Assembly (NCBI RefSeq): GCF_009914755.1
Contig: NC_060925.1
DNA: 64,000 bases
DNA from: the human T2T-CHM13v2.0 reference genome, Homo sapiens
Direction: 5' to 3' (one strand)
Positions within the stretch are counted from its first letter, which is position 1. The number at the start of each line of letters is the position of its first letter. Below the pieces are notes generated by a model. The model did not search any database. It was not told where the DNA came from and saw nothing but the letters and a program-made list of their open reading frames with translations. This document shows positions 34,095 to 50,155 of this stretch, piece by piece. The position numbers were made by a program, and so were the translations under genes.

Positions 34095-35615
34095 GTAAAT
34101 ATTTCTTCACTTGTTAAACAAATGAAAAGTCAATTGTGCCCTGAATTCGCTTTTAATAAAATGAGCAAAGCAGAATAATGCAAATTTGATTGATATGCTA
34201 ATGGTAAAGAGAGAAAGAGTATGTAGTTAAAAAGTTAGTTATGCTAAATAATCTTGGCAGTATTAAAAATTAGAGTAAAATGTAAAACATGTAATTATAA
34301 ATGCTTATGTTTTAGAATGTTGAATATCTCTGAGCCATAACTAGAGAAAGACTTAAATATTAATGAAGCAATGTATTAGTTTCCATATATCATATAGAAT
34401 ACATTGTGATAAATAGATGAACATGGTTGTGAAATATAAGATTCCTGCCCAATACAAATCAATTAGAAATTATTCATATGATTTAACAGTAATGAAGTCA
34501 GTTTCCAGCTTTGAAGTTTTATTTCTATCAGTTCTGTGTTCATTTTTAATGTGTTATTTTCCTAATAGAAAACTGAATTTAGCAATTATGGAGCTTGAAC
34601 TCGGTTTCTGCACTGATCTTGGGAATGGACATAACAAAAATATTATTTCTTTTGTTTCAGACAATATGATAATAATTTAATTGCTAAGCTATTATAAATG
34701 GAGAAATTTCTTAAGTGAATTTCATTATTGTCCTTAAAATCTATGTTGCCTTATATTCTTTTTCATTAATCTGTTAGTTCTTCTGCAAATAATGGATTTT
34801 ATTTTGAGTGAGGCAAGGTAGTAAAATCCTTTCTGAAAGTGCTGGGGTGAACCATAGTGGCTAAGTTAACATTATTTTGACTATGTGTTTTGCTTTAGAA
34901 AGAGGCTCTTTCCTTTTCAGGTGAGCGTGCTGGTAGTCTAGCCAGCTCACTCTAGTATTTCTTCATCCTCCTCTCTGCTTGTTCTCCTGGAGTTTGAGGA
35001 AAAATATAAAAGGAAGAAGTAGATCTTCCTGCTGCTTTTCTTGAGCCAGAGGCAGAAAATCTAGCTGCAATAGGCTATTTGCCTTTCTCAGTAATATTCA
35101 TATAGGAAAACAATTCAATTTTTCTCTTTTAAAGGGAATACTTTCGTCTGGGAATTTCAGAGGTTTTGTACAGCTTTGCTATAAACTTAACCTCTGAGAC
35201 TAAAACACCATTGATTCTTTTCTTCTTACTTCATGTCAGATGTATCTCCAAAATAAAAAGTCATAGATGACTGAGAACCTAAAGCAGTTAATGCCCATTT
35301 AGCTATTTCCACTGATCACCAGGGGAGACTGTAGAAGGAGATCCTCCCTCCCTTCTGCGCTTCTAGGGAGAAGCACAGAAGATAGAGTTAGAAAGGTGCG
35401 TACTTTTGTGTATTATTTTACCTCAAACCTTCATATTGAGTTCTGGTCTGGCTTATTAAGGTTTCTTTTACCTAGACTAAACATATGTAAGAAATTCACG
35501 TCAGTACAAGTCCCTTGGAAGGCAGTTTTTTACTTATTCCAACATATACTAAAAGCTCAATTTTCCAATAGCATCATCCAATGTCAATTTATCTTTGATT
35601 AATGTCAATGGGCAA

Positions 35616-36590
<975 letters not shown>

Positions 36591-39373
36591 CCCTTCCCCT
36601 TCCTTTCTCTTCTCCTTCTGTCTTCTCCCCTCCCTGCCTCTCCTGTCCTCTCCTATCCTCCTCCTTATTGCCTTTTCTCTCCAAAACAACATTTTGGGAG
36701 AGAAGCATAGGGGTGGGAATGCAGTAGGGATTAAAGTGAGGGGAGCGAAGACTTAGGCTTTACCTAGAGGTTGGAACGATCCACTAATGACACTCAGGAA
36801 TTTCTGTGAGGCTATGTGGAGCACATAAATGTTACTATGGGAAATTTATAATAGAGACATTTCTCTAACAAAGAAGTTCAAAGTCACTCTTCAGAGGTTT
36901 GAGATGGGTTAACTTGGTAGTAGACTATGTGCTATTTCATGTTCCTGAGTTGAGGAATCAGAAATGAGGCTCACTGGCAGAAAGACCATAAGTGATTCCC
37001 CAACAACAATAAGTTTATAGCATTGGTTGATCCAAGTGACCAGTGACTGGAACTGAAGCTGTCAGTGGACTCCAGCCAATTTATTTGTAAGTGGATTTTT
37101 GCAAGATGGCACTCTTAAAATTCTGCTACTTTCAAGAGTGAGTGGCCAAAGAGACCAGTGTGTGGCCCAGATACCTTTGTGTTGTGTATATCTGAAGATT
37201 ACAATCCTAATTGGATACCAGTAGCTGAAGTTTTATTTCTAATAAATACGATTCTGCTTTTTCATTTCATAAGCTACCTGGTAACTTAGTTCAAAACTAG
37301 AAGTGATTTAAACATGAATGGCGAGTGTTCAAAAGAAAGAATCTCTAAGGGTAACAGATGACTACCAAATATCTATATGGCCAATAATATCCAGACAGAC
37401 ATATATGTACCCAAATTATGAATAAGACCTTCATGTACAGTACATAAGAACAAAACTTTTGTCTTAATTTTCCTTATGAACAAAGCCTATTGTAAGTTAT
37501 ATATATTTGGCTATTGATTGCTACCATGACAACTAAAATGTATTCAATTGTCAAAGAGGCTAGTGGAGCATTTCTGAAATGGCAGGAGTTTTACAAATTT
37601 ATTTATAGCCTATCCATCCCTAAATAGATATCAGTCTTTTGTAATGAAGAACAAATTATATGTATGTGATTTTCTTTTATGTAATATTTATTAATATCCT
37701 GATTTGCTGCATTTATTTTTTAAAGGGTCACCTTTTCTCTAAAGACTTTATGATCCCCCTACCCCTGTAGAATTTATCACTTTCCTTTTTTATGTTCCTA
37801 TTTTACCATTGACATACTTCTGTTATAGAACCTGTAACATTTTATTATCCTTACTAATTTACATGCCTGTCTCCACCCCACCACCCCCTGCTCCCCTGTA
37901 CACTATAAGTCTCATGCGGCCCAGATCCTATCTTCATCTTTGTATCTTCAATGCTTGGCTTATAGTAGGTGGTTAAATAAATATCCCTGAATAAATCAAT
38001 GAATGCTGGCCCATTCTTTTCTAAACAAGGAGTAAAAAAAGTCCTTTACTTTAACACGTTTTTTCTAAGTTTCAAAGTGTGTTTGTTGCAACTTATTTAA
38101 GCCTTTGCTGGGGGATCTTTAAGCCTTTTTTGATTATCTGACTATACTGTAATGATGTAGATAAACTGGATTTGGTAAGGTAAAATTTAGTTTGTGCAGT
38201 TCGTATGTAAATGGAAGACTTCATGAGATTAAGGATTTTGCTCAAGTATCATAACACACACCGATTTGAAGGAGGTTTGCTGTGATATAAGCTGCTGTCA
38301 GAACCCACAGTATGCCTTTACAAAACCCCTGTTGCTGATTTGCTGCTAGGCCAGTGACAGTCAATTAATATAGCAATAAATTGCTCAGTAAATTTTTATC
38401 TTAGCTCCTGGGGCCCTGTTCCTCCTGTTTCTCTGTGACACTTTATTTCCTTTTTAGTCTTCAATTTGACTTTACTCCAGATTAGAGTTCTGCTTTTCTT
38501 CCAGCATCTTTTCTACTCCATTGTGGATCCTATTTAAATTTGGCCCCCAACTTTTATTTTCAGTTCTCTTTCTTTGAACAGCTGTTAATATCTTATGCAA
38601 ACGCCATGAGCTGATTCAGTTGCACAAGTCATTTCTCTCCCTCTGCCATCTAGATGTACAACTGTATATCTTCTGACAGCCTTGTGTAAAACTCACCCTC
38701 CATTTTCTATATAGTGAGCACTTGGGTGTCATCTTAGCCCTCCAAATACTGGGCTTAGAGAGTCCGGTTCCTGGCAATATTACAAAGATGAGGGTAAGAA
38801 TTACTTATGTGGGGAAAACCCATTTAAAAATATCCCCAGGTAGCAAAAGAGTAGAGGTTAGTGGAATTGTTTTTTCCATCCTAAAGTCTATTTCTTGTCC
38901 CTTTTTCCCATTACCTTGATTCATAGTTTTCAATATTTAGTGTTTTCTCTTGCTTATGGCTTTTGCTGATTGGCTGACCCCATCCAGGAAGAAGTCTCTC
39001 ATTCAAAATGACATATATCTTATACCCAATTCTTATATTTGCAGGGGGAAAATAACCCAAGACCAAGATTACATACATTCAGCCTCAACCTTGTTGCTGA
39101 AGTCTCTATTTTTCCAATAGAATGACTCCAGATTCTGAAACTTATTCCCTGAGAATAAATAGCTATAGCTGGGGGATACCTAAGTGTACTGTAGTCAAAC
39201 TGACTTCCAGTGAGGAAGCAAGGATTTAAAAAAGGGAACTCCCCAGATTCTGAACTTCAGTTAGACTGAGCTCTGGCCAGACTTCAGTGGATTCTGTTTC
39301 TTTGGTTCTCCCTCTTTCTAAGGACTTCTTATTTTATTTATACCCTCTTCTAGATCAATGCTCTTTTGATTTG

Positions 39374-40150
39374 TGATGCAGGATTTTTCTTGGTCGTTTT
39401 GCAGGGATTATAGGAGGAGGTGCCTCATCTACTCAGCCTGCCTGGCTGTGCCTGGCTTGTGCTCCAGCTGCTGGCTGCTGCGACTGCATGCTCAGTCCCT
39501 GGCAGGAGAGTGTGTGTGAGCAAGTGAGTGCAGGGTCTGGCCAGCCATTCTCAACACCAGCACAGGGGCAGCCTCCCTGCAGGGCTTGCAGCCACTCTAG
39601 GTGTGTTGCCCAAGGGGAACACGGTGGTGCCCAAGCAGAGGTGCCCACAGCCCCGAAGCCCCAGAAGGGGTGTTACAACATGCTAATTAGTTCTTTTAGT
39701 TCTGCCATCTGCAGCTGGATGGATGGTGAAGTGTTAACAGCTGGTTCGGTCCCTTGCCCTGCTCTGGCCTGTGGCTCCAGGGCTGGTTTGGCCCCACCAT
39801 TGCTTCCTATGATGTGGAGCAGATGCCTGAAAGTGGTCTCTCACCTGAAGTTGGGTCGTCTCCCCTAGTGTGGCTGAGTCTGGGATTTTTATAGGCACAG
39901 GATAGGGGAGAGGGGAGCTGTAAGTAGTATTGGAAAAGGCAATATTTGACTGGTTAAAAAACATTATTGGGAAAGAACCAATTGGGAAAGGGTAGGCAAA
40001 CAAGAACAGAAGTTCTCACTCTGGGTCACGGATTTTATCTGGAAGCAGCAGTCTGGTCTTTCAGCCCTCCAGCTGTTTTTGGCTTGAAGGTGGGGTTTCA
40101 CTGGACCCCTTCTATCTGCCAAGGCATTTGTCTGACTCCTGCCGCAATTA
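39374..40150 (-). mobile_element. ERV1 solo LTR (LTR27/LTR28/MER52 group)
   Basis: GC-rich island in AT-rich DNA; - strand reads ggcaggagtcagacaaatgcc..gaaaccccaccttcaagcc..cctataaaaatcccagactcagcc..aaaaatcctgcatca. Confidence 0.75.
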
Positions 40151-43118
40151 TATGGATATGTTGAGGTTTGTAGAGAAGGAGGATGGAAAGTAGATTAGTA
40201 ATGTTCCAAGAGTGAGATTACAGTGTGTCAGAGTGTGGGGGGAAAATTATACTTATTTTTTCCTAAATGGGATATAACACTGTGAAATTCAGTTTTCAGC
40301 TGAATGCCCTGCAATTCTCCTAAAACATAGTTGTTTCTTTAATAAAGTTTACACTAATGTTTGTAAATTCAAAAGACAAATTGCTAATCTGTCCACTTCA
40401 ACTTTGTTTTATGCCCATTTCATATTGTTGTCTGTGTTGCAATTCATACTTTTGACACCAATTTCTGATATGAAATGTTCATTGTCTTGTAGTATCCTAC
40501 GAAGAGTTCAATTGTAGGTAAATTATTGTGGCTGCTAATTTTTGAAAAACAAAATGGATCTCTGAAGCTAGGCAAGAAAAAGATTGCCATGTCATGTATT
40601 GCCAAATCTTGGTAGGTCAGAACCACTGGTAAATACTAATAATGAATTAACAATTGTATAGCAGTTACTACTTTCCAGGCACCATTCTAAGTATTTTAAA
40701 TATTTTAACTTTTCTCTGTAATCATCATAACTAATTCTCTGAGGTATAGGTATCATTAAGATTACAACTTAAAATATGAGGAAAGGGAATCACAGAAAGG
40801 TATCTTGCCCCAAATCGCACAGCTAGTAAATGAAAGTGTTAGACATTGAACCCAGGAGGTCTGGCACTCACATTTCTGCCATTGCTGGTCACTTTTAATC
40901 TTGGCTTTACTTCCAATCCTCTTTTTCTGAAAATATGGATGAGAACAACTATACTGACCTAGACAGCTCTTAGGGACATTTTATTACTCATACCCTGTTT
41001 ACTTGGAAAACTGACCTTGTGGCCTGATAATTCATGAGCATCCTTATTGGTAGTACATTTCACGCAGGAATTCTAAATTAAGTGACAATTAACTAAGGAG
41101 TAAGTTGAGGCATTCCAATGCAGTGTCACATGCTTCCCCTTGTAGGCAGAATTAGATGGCTCATGACGAAAAACCTCACCATCTAAAAGAATATTCAGGC
41201 TGTGGCCTCCCTTATTCCTATTGCCAGCATCAGGATTTGTCATCCATCATAAGCCTAGATGAAACACCCTTCCTGCTCCAATTTTAAATGGATTTTTGAG
41301 GAGGATGTAACAAATGATAACAAAGAGAATTTGTCATTTCTTTGCTGGTTGAAGTCCAAGGTGCAGATCACACAGATTTTTGAAATTTAAAAGTCTGTGT
41401 TTAGTTTCATTTATACCTCTACCGTGCCTGTTTTGGGCCCTGAAGCATCAATGGAAAAGAAAAGGGACTCTAACATTTTTAAAACATTAGGAACAATCAC
41501 AAAATTATTGCTAGGACTGATAAAGTCAACTGCTGTTTCTAAATTAATGTTTAGAGTATACTAGTCTTCAATAACCTAAACGTAATGGGGACATATAATC
41601 TGTCACAGACTTTGGAATGTAATAATGGTAAACTTTATGGGAAATATTTGTTCCTTGTAATGCCTTTGAAAAGCCTCCTTTGTATCATGTCATACATCTT
41701 GAGTCTTCCTTTGCTTGTCTGCCCTAGAACAACTGGAGCAATATCACATGAATGCAAATTTCAAGAAGTGCTGGTGTGCAGCATCTTAGAGATCTCTCTT
41801 ATAAAATGAATTCTGTCACAGGTTTTTATCTTAGTTTCAAAGATCTATGAGGAATGAAAAAAATGGTAATAATCAAAAGCTTACAGAATGTTAAAGAACT
41901 ACAGATGTAATTAATTGTTTCAAGTAAAATTCCTTTTACCCTGAAATCCCCATACCTGTTATTTATCAATCACCTATACTCGCTTAGTGAAATTCCACTG
42001 GAATCTACAGTTTCAACTGATTCTTTATTATTTTAAATTATTTAACTTGATTATAGTGCCCCCAAACAATTTTGTTCAGATTGAAATGCTCACATTTAGG
42101 GAAACAGAAGCAATAGTAACAAGAGAAACAGTAGAACAGAGGTCATTTAAACAACAAATTTGCCAAATAACATCACTTTATTGGCTTATTTCCCCTTAGA
42201 GCTTTCTCCGCATATAATACAAATTTTAATTTATAAAAATTAATCTAACTTGATATATCAAGTAACCATTTTCTTTTGTTTCCCACTTGTGTCTAAAATA
42301 CAAAAAAAGTTAGAAAAGATTATATGGTGGCTTTACTTAAAAATGATTAAATATGTGTCAGATATATAAAGATTCGTCTCAATCCCTTAAAGTACTTACC
42401 ATACTATTTTCATATTTATAATACTATGAAGTAAGCATTTGTATTTAGAATAATGACCCCGAGATTACATAGTTAGAGATAGATAGGTTAGTTAATTCAG
42501 AAAAAGGATACGGAAGGTCTTTTATATGCTAGACATTATGTTATTGTTCTGGGCATACAGAATGAATAACAGTTTTATTCATACAAAAAAGGGTATCCCA
42601 AAATATCAGCCTATGGAAGAAAAGAAGGGGCCATCTGGACAACACCAAGCTTTTACCTGATGATGGAATAGATATTCTAATGTTCCATCCCCATGTAAAA
42701 GTATATTTCTTCCTCCCTCCTTCTACTTCTAGTACCAATATCATTGTGAAATGATTAAATAGATTTGTAGAGAAAGGAAGTATAAGGCTAGTGAGAGTGG
42801 GGAAACAGAATATTAAAGAGAGGAAACTGCACATTTAATAATTATCCAGAATCTTTTGATAAAAATATCTAGTTAAGATTTTCACATATACGTCCTATAT
42901 GTGTGAAACTGTATTTTCATATGATAATATTTTATGTATAAATATAAATGGTTGTGACGTGACAATGCAATGATACCTACAATGAAAACTTGGGTTATAT
43001 TACTACTTTTTACATTCCTAATCTTTGAAGATTTAGTAAACCCACATTTCTGTGCTCACTGTACAATCTTTTTTAGAATGTTGATCATTCTAATAAAAGT
43101 ATAATTATGAATAACTGA

Positions 43119-43519
<401 letters not shown>

Positions 43520-45655
43520 CCATGCCTTCATTTTTCATGTTAAGAGAGAAGACATTTTTTCTTTTAGTGGCATTAAGGTTACTATAGATTTTCAGGAATA
43601 AAAGTAAACCCAATGGAGGGAAAATCTTTTCTATGGCAGATGGCTTTTAATATATCAAGGTTTTGCCATTTGTTTTAGTGCTTAAAATAAACATTATTTA
43701 TAAGACCACTTACATTTTGATGTTACTTAATGAGGAATATGCATCATTGATTTGACTAGCTTAAGAGGTCATTTAGAACTTGCCCGTTAACAAGCTGTAA
43801 TCTGCTGAGCACACAATGACTTTGTTTAAAATTATCTATTCAGAGCTGATCAATGACAATAATTGTTTTATACCAATCACTTTTGAAAGTTGCTAATTAC
43901 TTTGAAGGACATGAATACAAATCATTTTTCTTTTTTTTTTTGAAGTCGTAACCCGTTCACCTTGAAATTAAGAAGAAATCTTATAAAAATCATCTTGCTG
44001 CTTGAAAGAACATTTAAAAAAATTAAAAGTATATTTACTAGTACTGGAATATCAACAGAATAGGCAAAATTTAAGACGTCATTTGTTTCTATAATAGGAA
44101 ATATAGTACAGTCTCATCTATATTGTATTTTACAATATCAATTAGCTATTGGTTAAACTAGTCTCCCTATAATATAAGAAAATACCATATTTTAAACTAA
44201 AGAACACGCATATACTCTTTCTCTTTATACAATATATATGTAAGGTGTTTCAAGTGGAAAGAGCGGGCTTTGGAGTAAGACAAACCTGGGTTTGTATCCT
44301 GACTTTCCATTTACTGTTTTACTGGTTATGTGACCCTGAGCAAATTACTTAACCTCAGTTTCTTCATTTTTAACATGGAGATCATGCCCTATTCACAAGG
44401 ATATTGTGAGAATAAAAGCAGTTAGCATAATACCTGGCACATTCATGGAGCTCAATAAATTTTAGATCCTTCATTTCACTGATGGCATCTTCTTCACCCA
44501 CTCAAATGCTGTTTCCTCCAGATCTTTTTACCCACTCATCTCTAAGAAAGCCACTTAAAGACTGATTGATTATACTTTAGTGTGGATGAGTTTTAATTTG
44601 TTACCTTAACCATCGCTTACTTATTACATTCTTTAATATCCAATTTTGAATAAAAGGAATTATCTTGGAGAGGAATTTTAGCCAGCCTTTGGAGATATGT
44701 GTAGGGTGTCAGGACATTAGAATGTTTTCTGAAAGCATACCAGTTGTAGTCTCTCTAGATATGGTTGGTGCTCTTTCCAATAGTTGCTGGGTTTGGAGAA
44801 GGAAAGAGCCCACGTTGTTGGATTTTTTCTTTTTTAATTACAGGAAACTCTTCTTACTTGAACACAAATTTTTCAGCCAATTTCAGTTTTTTTCTTTAAC
44901 ATCTCTTTCCTAGAAATGGGAATATCCATTTCTCTGATATTACCAAATCATAAACTCGCATCATTCTTCCTTCCTCTCAGTATGCCAACATGCATCTTTT
45001 GTGTTTTCTGGCACACTTAATCTTATTTTATTTATAATTTAATGACATTTTCATGTGATAGGTAGCCCCTCTCTTAATACTGTTTGATATCTTAATATTT
45101 TCCTATGCAACTTGAATAACTTCTATTGCTGATGACGGATTTCCTGTCAGTACATGTATTTACAAGTGTTCCCTTCATTAATAAAATTGTTACTGTACAT
45201 GCAGTAAAAGTATGCTGAAAGATTTGAAGCCATCCAACCAGCTATATGACCTTAGGCAATTAGTTAACCTTTCTAAACATCAATTCCCTCTTCTATCAAA
45301 TGAGGCTAATAATAATCTCCACCTCAGAATGATGCTATAATGATCAAATTAGATAAGCTAGGAAAATATGCACTTATTTGCATGTATGATTTATATTATG
45401 TATACATATTCCAATTGATTCTTCTTTTTCATTAGGAAAGTGGTTCTATCAATTCCTTCTTTTTCTTTCTCAGCCATAATATAATATTGGTAAAATTAGG
45501 GAGAGTTTCTAAATTGAGTATATAATTTTAGAATTTTTTTTTAAAGAATTGATCTGGCAAATAAGATCACTTGAGAAGTATTTTGAAAGACACTTTGAAT
45601 ACTTTTGTTACATTAGTTTGCTATACTACTAGTTTCACTTTCTAAAGTTATTGTT

Positions 45656-46273
<618 letters not shown>

Positions 46274-46355
46274 TTATTTTCTCTGATTTACTTGTTCTTG
46301 CAAGCTGTTTTGCATATTTCCAGTTAGTTTAGTAATTCTCATATGGGGAGTCTGA

Positions 46356-46707
<352 letters not shown>

Positions 46708-47524
46708 CATGTTTAATATCTTAAATTGTAAATGATTATAAATGACCTTTTAAATGGCCATGTTTTAAAACAGAGAAAAATAATCAGAATTTAAGTAAAG
46801 AATTTTTCCGGTTAATTTTTTATTGATCCAATATTCAACTTAGACAAATTTTATACTAAATATTTTTTAGCTAAAAAAAAGTAGGCTTTGGGGATGAAAC
46901 CCAATGGACTGGTGCTTAGTCTCCATATTTCCCTTTCCTATTAAAAAAAAAAAAAGTTTAGGGAAGACGTGTGTTCTCTTAGCCTAGCAAACTGTGCCAA
47001 AATCGGGAAGACTTCATATCCAAAAAGGGAATGATTTATGATACGTGAGTCATTCATACAGATATTTAAACGGTTGGAAAATTTTAGGAATGATGCTAAA
47101 TCTTTACGCAAGACTAAGTTAGTATTTTTCAATATGTGCTATTTCTTTTTCCTCCAATCCTTTAAATAATTTCAGGTATCTTTTCCTAATTAATATCATA
47201 TATTATTTTGTTTGAGTTTTTCAGATAGGGGTATTAGAAAATATAGCAAAGATATTTATATTAGCAAAGATAGGACTTAAGGACAGTGACTGATTCTCAT
47301 GGTTCCTGGGGTTGTATAAGATATCTAGAAGCTGACTTAGGTATGGTCTCTCAGACCCCTAACATTCCTCTCATCCAAAAAAAAAAAAACACCCTACTTT
47401 GATGATATGTTCTAGTAAAAATAAAATTATTTGAATGTCAGCATTGAAGTAAAAGATGTAAGAAGCAGATAATTTCAATATAACTTTTCTTTTATTGAAA
47501 ATCACAGTTCTCTTTGTTCCCAGT

Positions 47525-47770
47525 TCTATATTGCAATGGTTACGAGAGTGGGCTCTCTGAAGCCCTAACTTGAAATTTGATTCCTGGATTCATCCTAATA
47601 GCTGTATAATTATAGGAAAATTGTGTAACCTCTCTTTTTAACTGTTTCCACATCTGTAAATGAGGTAATGAGTATTTATGTCATAGGAGTATTCTAAAGA
47701 TTAAATAAATGTAAGCAAGAACCCTTACATAGTGCCTGGCACATAAGAACTCAATAAATGTTAGCTATTT
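47525..47770 (+). mobile_element. MIR
   Basis: tttccacatctgtaaatgagg...agtgcctggcacataagaactcaataaatgttagctatt. Confidence 0.7.
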
Positions 47771-48269
47771 TTGTTATTGTTAAGGAAGAATTAAAATGTC
47801 ATAATTAAGATACAAGAATTTGTTTAAATATTTTGATACCACTGAATTTAAGAAGCCCATTAATAAGACAAAATACAAAAACTAAACGTATATTTCAATG
47901 AGACCAAATACAACCTTAAAGTGAGTTGGCTATGAAAAAAAAAATTGATTTGCCCAGGAAGTGGAAATGGTAGGAATTTGTAAAGCAAATTTTTATAAAT
48001 CTTTCAATAGTTTAGTATTCTGTGAGATAATTATAAATAATTTAAAATAAATTATAATAGCCTATAATTATGTTTATTTTTATAATATTTCATAAAAAAT
48101 TTATGAGCAGAACCTATATTTACAACTAATATGCTACAATATTAGTGGAAAAGCCCAAGACTTTATTTGATAGGAGTTATCAGCCATAATTACCTTAATT
48201 TTGAAGTGCTATTACATTTTTAATAAAAGTGTTTAATGGCATATTTTATCTCTTTATTTACTTTAATAG

Positions 48270-48373
48270 ATTCAGAGACGATGGCGAGGCTATAGAGTTC
48301 GGAAGTACCTCTTTAATTATTATTATTTGAAAGAGTACCTGAAAGTCGTTTCAGAGACCAATGATGCAATTAG
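48270..48373 (+). CDS. SPATA17: SPATA17 exon 5 (104 nt, phase 0-2), IQ motif 3
   Basis: tctttatttactttaatag|ATTCAGAGACGATGG...GCAATTAG|gtaagt; IQRRWRGYRVRKYLFNYYYLKEYLKVVSETNDAI(R). Confidence 0.95.
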
Positions 48374-48448
48374 GTAAGTAGTGCAATCATCCATTCACTA
48401 GGGAAAACTTTGGAAAGATTACTCAATAGATGTTGATCAACACCATAG

Positions 48449-48750
<302 letters not shown>

Positions 48751-49373
48751 TAAAAATATTTTCTAAAAGTCAGTGATGTTTAGGCAGACATTTATTGATA
48801 AAAAATATATATATGATTCTATTTACCTTAATTTATTATTATTATATTAAAAAAATCTTGTATCCTTCACTGCAAGTTATTTATGTGTGTAGTATCTTGT
48901 ATATTTATTTATGTGTGTAGTATCTTGGTCCTATACAAAATAGTTTCAGGAAAATTGTTTCATGATGAGATGAATTTATCTGTAAAACGATCTAGAGATG
49001 CAACATTAAATACAAAAAGCCTCAGATGCATTTGAGAAACATGTTCCATAGCAAGAACTTGCCTCTCCTAGAATAAAATATCATGAAACATATTAAAAAG
49101 GTCTGTTCACTGTCAGTTTTGATTTGTTTAAACACATAGGAGGATAGGACATAGATTTAGGATATGGGATATGTAGAATTCTGCAAAGTAAAGGCATCGT
49201 AATATTACTCAGCCAGCTTTTCCAAAGTTCTATATGTTAAGTTTCCATATTACTTTGAAAATAGTTTTTTCCTCCTGTGATATGCCCCATTCTAATAACA
49301 TATAAATGACCATATGCATATAGTACATTTTGATAAAAAAGAAATACTAATTAATAATAGTTGGTATTTATAG

Positions 49374-49728
<355 letters not shown>

Positions 49729-50155
49729 CTTATTTTACTCTTTAAAGTCTTTGAACTAAAGAGAACAAGTAATTGGCAATAAATTATTAAAATAAAAGTT
49801 TTGTCTGAGACCCTAAAATAATATATAAGATATATATGAAAACTAATTTCCCAACTACTAACTTTCTCACATATGTTGTGAATATAAAGGGATCTGGTCT
49901 TTGAGGATTACCTATAGAGAAATTTGTTAATTTGATTTCTTTAGAAAGAGAGCAGTTAAGGGGGGAAGGCTTCAATAGGATTTAGTCGATTGGAGAAGTA
50001 GGAAAATTCAGAAACACGTGAATCATAGGGGACTGCTGTTTAATTTCTTCTTGAAACGTATAAAATTCTAAAGACTGGCTGGCTGTCTACAAATGGCTGA
50101 CTTTAGCTTGTCAGGAGGAAGAGCTAGTAGAGTTTGCAAGGAGAAGAAATACGTG

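Noticed and set aside
39433-40164. Overlapping ORFs in a GC-rich island, suggesting an exon or CpG-island gene
   Set aside because: Explained by an ERV1 LTR; the stop-codon deficit follows from GC content
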